Source: Dictyostelium fasciculatum (lineage: Eukaryota). Taken from it: 64,000 nucleotides of DNA. The position numbers and the translations under genes were made by a program. Where the stretch lies: positions 73,358 through 137,357 of the forward strand of contig NW_004457713.1 of NCBI RefSeq assembly GCF_000203815.1, read 5' to 3'. Numbering within the stretch: position 1 is the stretch's first letter; the number at the start of each line of letters is the position of its first letter. This document shows positions 60,419-64,000 of this stretch, one piece after another. The notes below the pieces were generated by a model. It saw only the letters and a program-made list of their open reading frames with translations. It searched no databases and was not told the origin of the DNA.

Positions 60419-62539
60419 ATGACTAAAGAGAATAGAGAAGCAACATTTCAAGATGATGAAGAAGATGTAGATTATCAATCAACATCGGGAGATGAGGAAG
60501 ATGATGAAGACTATGAAGAGATGACCGAAGAACAAATGGAAGAGTTGAATAGATTATCATCAAATGTCAACGACCCATTTGGAAGTAGAAGACAACTTGC
60601 ACCAGCTCCAGCTCCTGCACCAGCTGCTAGACCTGCTGGTCCAACCCTTGCTGAATTAATGGCAATGAATCTCAAGATTGAGTCTGATAAAAAGACTGCT
60701 GCTGGCAACGACCAAGATGAAGGAGAATGGATCGACGGTGAAGATATTGAAGGAGAAGAAGGTGAAGAAGGAGAGGAAGAAGAGGAACAAGAGACAATGA
60801 CACTTTCACATGCAAAGAGAACAGCATCTCATCTAGTCATTGATACCAACGCTATCATTCAAGCGACCAGATTCGATTCACTCGCAAGAGTATTGTGGAC
60901 CATTGAAGAGGTTATAGACGAAGTCAAGGACAAACGTTCAGTCGATTTTTTAGCCTCTCTTCCATACGAAATCAAAACCAAGGAACCTACTCCCCAATCG
61001 GTCAAGGCTGTCTTGGAGTTTTCAAAGTTGACTGGTGACTATCCATCGTTGTCGGCGGTCGATCTCAAGGTTCTTGCCCTTGCCCACACTCTTCACTGTC
61101 AATATGACAAGGCCGTCCCACTCCGTACCGAACCATTACCACTCCAAGTCAATGCACATGGTGTTGGAAAGAGACCAGATCAAATGTTACAAGATGGTGA
61201 CAACAAGAAATCAACTACCACTACTACTACTACAACTACTACCGACGATAACAACAACAATGGTGAACCAGTATTCATCATTTCTGATACTCGTAGCAAT
61301 GCAAATAGAAAGAAGAAATTAATCATCGTTCCACCAAAACCAGTCGTAGAAGAAAAGAAACAAGATAATAATGTAACATCATCAACAACAACAACAACCA
61401 CCACAACAGATAATACTACTGCTGCTGCCACTACTGGAGACAGTGTTGACAAAAAGAAAAAGAAAAAGAAAAACAAGAATAAGAAAAAGAAGGCTCCAGT
61501 TGTTGTTGCTGCTGTTGCCGAAGAATTAGTTAAAGTTGATGAATGTTGTGATCATGGACATGATGGACATGATCATCAACATAAACATCAAACTGATAAA
61601 CCAATTGAAACACCATCATCAGCTTCTTTATATAATAATACCAACAACAACCAAGAACAAACAAACAAAAAGAATAAGAAAAAGAATAGTTTAATGGTTA
61701 ATTTGGATGAATTGACAGAGGATAAACCAATCGTCGATGGTAGAGCCATCCTCGAACAATTAAAGTTACAAAAATTAAAAGAAGAGGAAGAAAAGAGAAG
61801 AAATAAGCAAAAGGGTATCGATATGGATGGTGAAGATGGTTGGATCACCGAAGACAATATTCGTGATAAATTGGCTGCCGATGAGAATTCAAAGACTGAA
61901 AAGAAACATGTTCCAGTTGCTTTGATCACTTCCGATTTCCCAATGCAAAATGTTATGCTTCAAATGGGTCTCCATCTCTTTACCGTCAATGGTATGGCTA
62001 TCAAACAAGTTAGTCAATTCGTATTAAAATGTTTCTCTTGTTTAAAGTAAGTTGGAAAAATAGCTAAATTGAAGGCAATATCAATATATTAATTGTTTCT
62101 ATTTCTTTTTCTTTTTAGGACAACAATTGATATGAAGAGAATGTGGTGCCCACATTGTGGAAATAAAACATTGGTAAAGGCTATGAAATATATAGATCGT
62201 AATGGTAATGTTACCGTTGGTAAGGGGTCTGGTAGACAATATAACCTTCGTGGTAAAAAGTATAGCATTCCAAAGATGAAGGGTGGACAAAGACATTCTG
62301 ATATTGTCTTGTCCGAGGAACAATATATTCATCGTATGAAGGCTACTGGCCTCTTTTACCGTAAACGTGCTCATGAAAGAAAGTTGGAAAAGGCTATGGA
62401 GTCGGGTGACCTCGAACGTTTTGAAACTATTCTTGGATCCAATCCAGGTAATGATGTAAAGGTTGGTTATGGAAAGATTAATCCAAACATTGCTAGAAGA
62501 AAGATTGGTAAAAAGAATAAATCCATTTTAAATAAATAA
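60419..62539 (+). CDS. nob1: NOB1 pre-18S rRNA D-site endonuclease (PIN domain + zinc ribbon), 2 exons (60419-62044, 62118-62539)
   Basis: PIN domain (HLVIDTNAIIQATRFDSLARVLWTIEEVIDEVKD). His-rich linker. Zn ribbon CFSCL|K...MWCPHCGN across a TTAAA|GTAAGT...TTTTAG|G phase-2 intron. Basic C-terminus. Confidence 0.85.
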
Positions 62540-62683
62540 AATAAATAGAAATAATAGAAATAAATATATTTTTAAAAAAAAAAAAAAACAAAAAGTATTT
62601 ATTTATTGTTTAAACAATGATACATGTATAATGAAAAGTTACATCTATATTATTACATATATAAATATATATATATATAAAAT

Positions 62684-64000
62684 AGAGTTATTTGATTTCA
62701 ACCATTTGGCGAGTTGATGATTTTTTGGTCTTTGGCATTACTTTATATAATGAGTTTTCCATTACATCATTATAGGTACCCATCAAGTCTTGGTAATCTC
62801 TTGTGTAGATGTGAATCTTTTGAAGAATCCATAACATTAAATCACAAAATGTAACTGATGCTATAAAGTACTAGAGTAGAGTAGATAGATAATATTGTTA
62901 ATTATTTAAAATTACATTTTAGCTCAAACTTCCAATCAAACATACCTTTACTAAGAAATCAAATACAAATTTAGCCAAGGACACTGGATTTGGGAAAGGT
63001 ATAAAGTTTGTTAAACTACTCCATTTAATTCTTGCCAACCTGTCTTGACCAATAAAGGTAAAGGCCAAGTTCAAAAAATAGCCAATTAAACATAATCCTG
63101 CAAGTATATAAAAAGCCATAGCTTTACAAAAAGGAAGAATTAATTAATTAATATTTAGTTTAAATGAGGTAGTTATTAATCTTTCATTTATATTATAATA
63201 CATACATATTCTACTTATTGTTTTTAAACGTTCTGCAACTTCTTTACCACTTTTAAAGGGTTTTGTAATATTTAAACCTTTGAATGGTACGATGATAAAT
63301 ACCATATTGGCTACGATAAAGAGAATAATGGCAACAAATACTATAAAGTCACAAACGATTTGGTAGAAAAAGATAATTGGGCCAAGCATGATGGGAACAC
63401 TAATAAGACGTAGTCCTTTGATGAGGAAACCAAGAACTGGGGACTGTGGCAACAGAGTCTTTATCGAAGTACAACCTTTGGCCAATGCAGGAAGAATGGC
63501 AAGTACAGCTGGCGATAATTTCATATAGGATTCAATTGCAAATAGCAATCTTACCGATATGATCGAAGTAATATATTCGAAACTTGGTACAGCATCATCA
63601 TTTAAAGGTGGAGCATTATGGAAAATCAGTGCGGCAATTGGTAGAATATTGATTAAAAATGGTAAAGTAAATGATGTAATCCATGATATCAATAATAATT
63701 TGGCCGATCGATGGAATCTCTAATAAAAAATAAAGGTAAATATTAATATTTAAAATTTATATTTGTTTTGTTTTTTTCTTTTTATAATTTACCTTCCAAT
63801 GATACAAAGATAGAACATAAAATACACAAGTTAGGGCAGAAATGACCAAACTTACTACATTACATGCAAAAACAAATCTTTTGGTATTTTGTTTCTTGTC
63901 AAAATGGTTTAGCTTGTTGAGACCAAAGTTTTCTTCATAGATTTCATCGTTGGTGTATGTTTCCTGATAACACTGATCGGGACAGTTATCACCACAATCA
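62684..64000 (-). CDS. Multi-pass membrane protein of unidentified family, at least 3 exons, 5' end beyond the window
   Basis: Minus-strand ORFs 63144-63692 and 62919-63119 plus flanking exons encode about 7 hydrophobic helices (…ILPIAALIF…, …LLPQSPVLGFLIKGL…, …IVFVAIILFIVANMVFIIVPF…). Confidence 0.45.

Noticed and set aside
1-64000. CRISPR arrays, operons, Shine-Dalgarno-based gene calls, prokaryotic defence islands
   Set aside because: The sequence is clearly eukaryotic: spliceosomal introns with GTAAGT/GTATGT donors, eukaryote-specific genes (SF3B1, NOB1, MYRF, F-box/Kelch), and no direct-repeat/spacer arrays.

Overview
The window reads as AT-rich (roughly 75-80% A+T) nuclear DNA of a social amoeba (Dictyostelium discoideum type). 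It shows short GT..AG introns, often GTAAGT/GTATGT..(T-rich)AG, and poly-N/Q/T/P coding repeats. It has no prokaryotic features (no CRISPR, no operons). I could support about 27 protein-coding genes on both strands; many are multi-exon and exon boundaries were read by eye. They include SF3B1 (intronless), a GAR transformylase, an MRF/NDT80 transcription factor with the phage-type ICA autoprocessing domain, SHMT, NFS1 and NOB1. There is also a sigma-class GST, a CAX Ca2+/H+ exchanger, an HGSNAT homologue, a Ctr copper transporter with a Cys-rich ectodomain, a GMC oxidoreductase, a Stealth-family phosphotransferase-like protein and an F-box/Kelch protein. Further genes encode a LisH-RasGEF, a transmembrane RhoGAP, a PX/pseudokinase/WH2 (PXK-like) protein, a CLU-domain + Cys-LRR protein, two FNIP-like repeat paralogues and two tandem class-I methyltransferase paralogues, one carrying a frameshift. 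The most striking locus is a giant (~2.5k aa) vault-PARP (PARP4)-like gene (BRCT-PARP-VIT-vWA). Its disordered tail carries perfect RNA-Pol-II-CTD heptads (YSPTSPS x4), three ribosomal P-stalk-like acidic 'DMGF(G)LFD' motifs and FH1-like polyproline runs. The non-coding observations are a GC-rich, codon-atypical ~180 bp island that looks like a structured ncRNA (box C/D-like ends), and a 32-bp-stem long hairpin in a 1.4 kb ORF-free stretch. Two G16-17 homopolymers bracket the RasGEF/hairpin segment, and a GC-rich stem-loop patch lies between two convergent genes. The ORF track also misses a probable small multi-exon gene.
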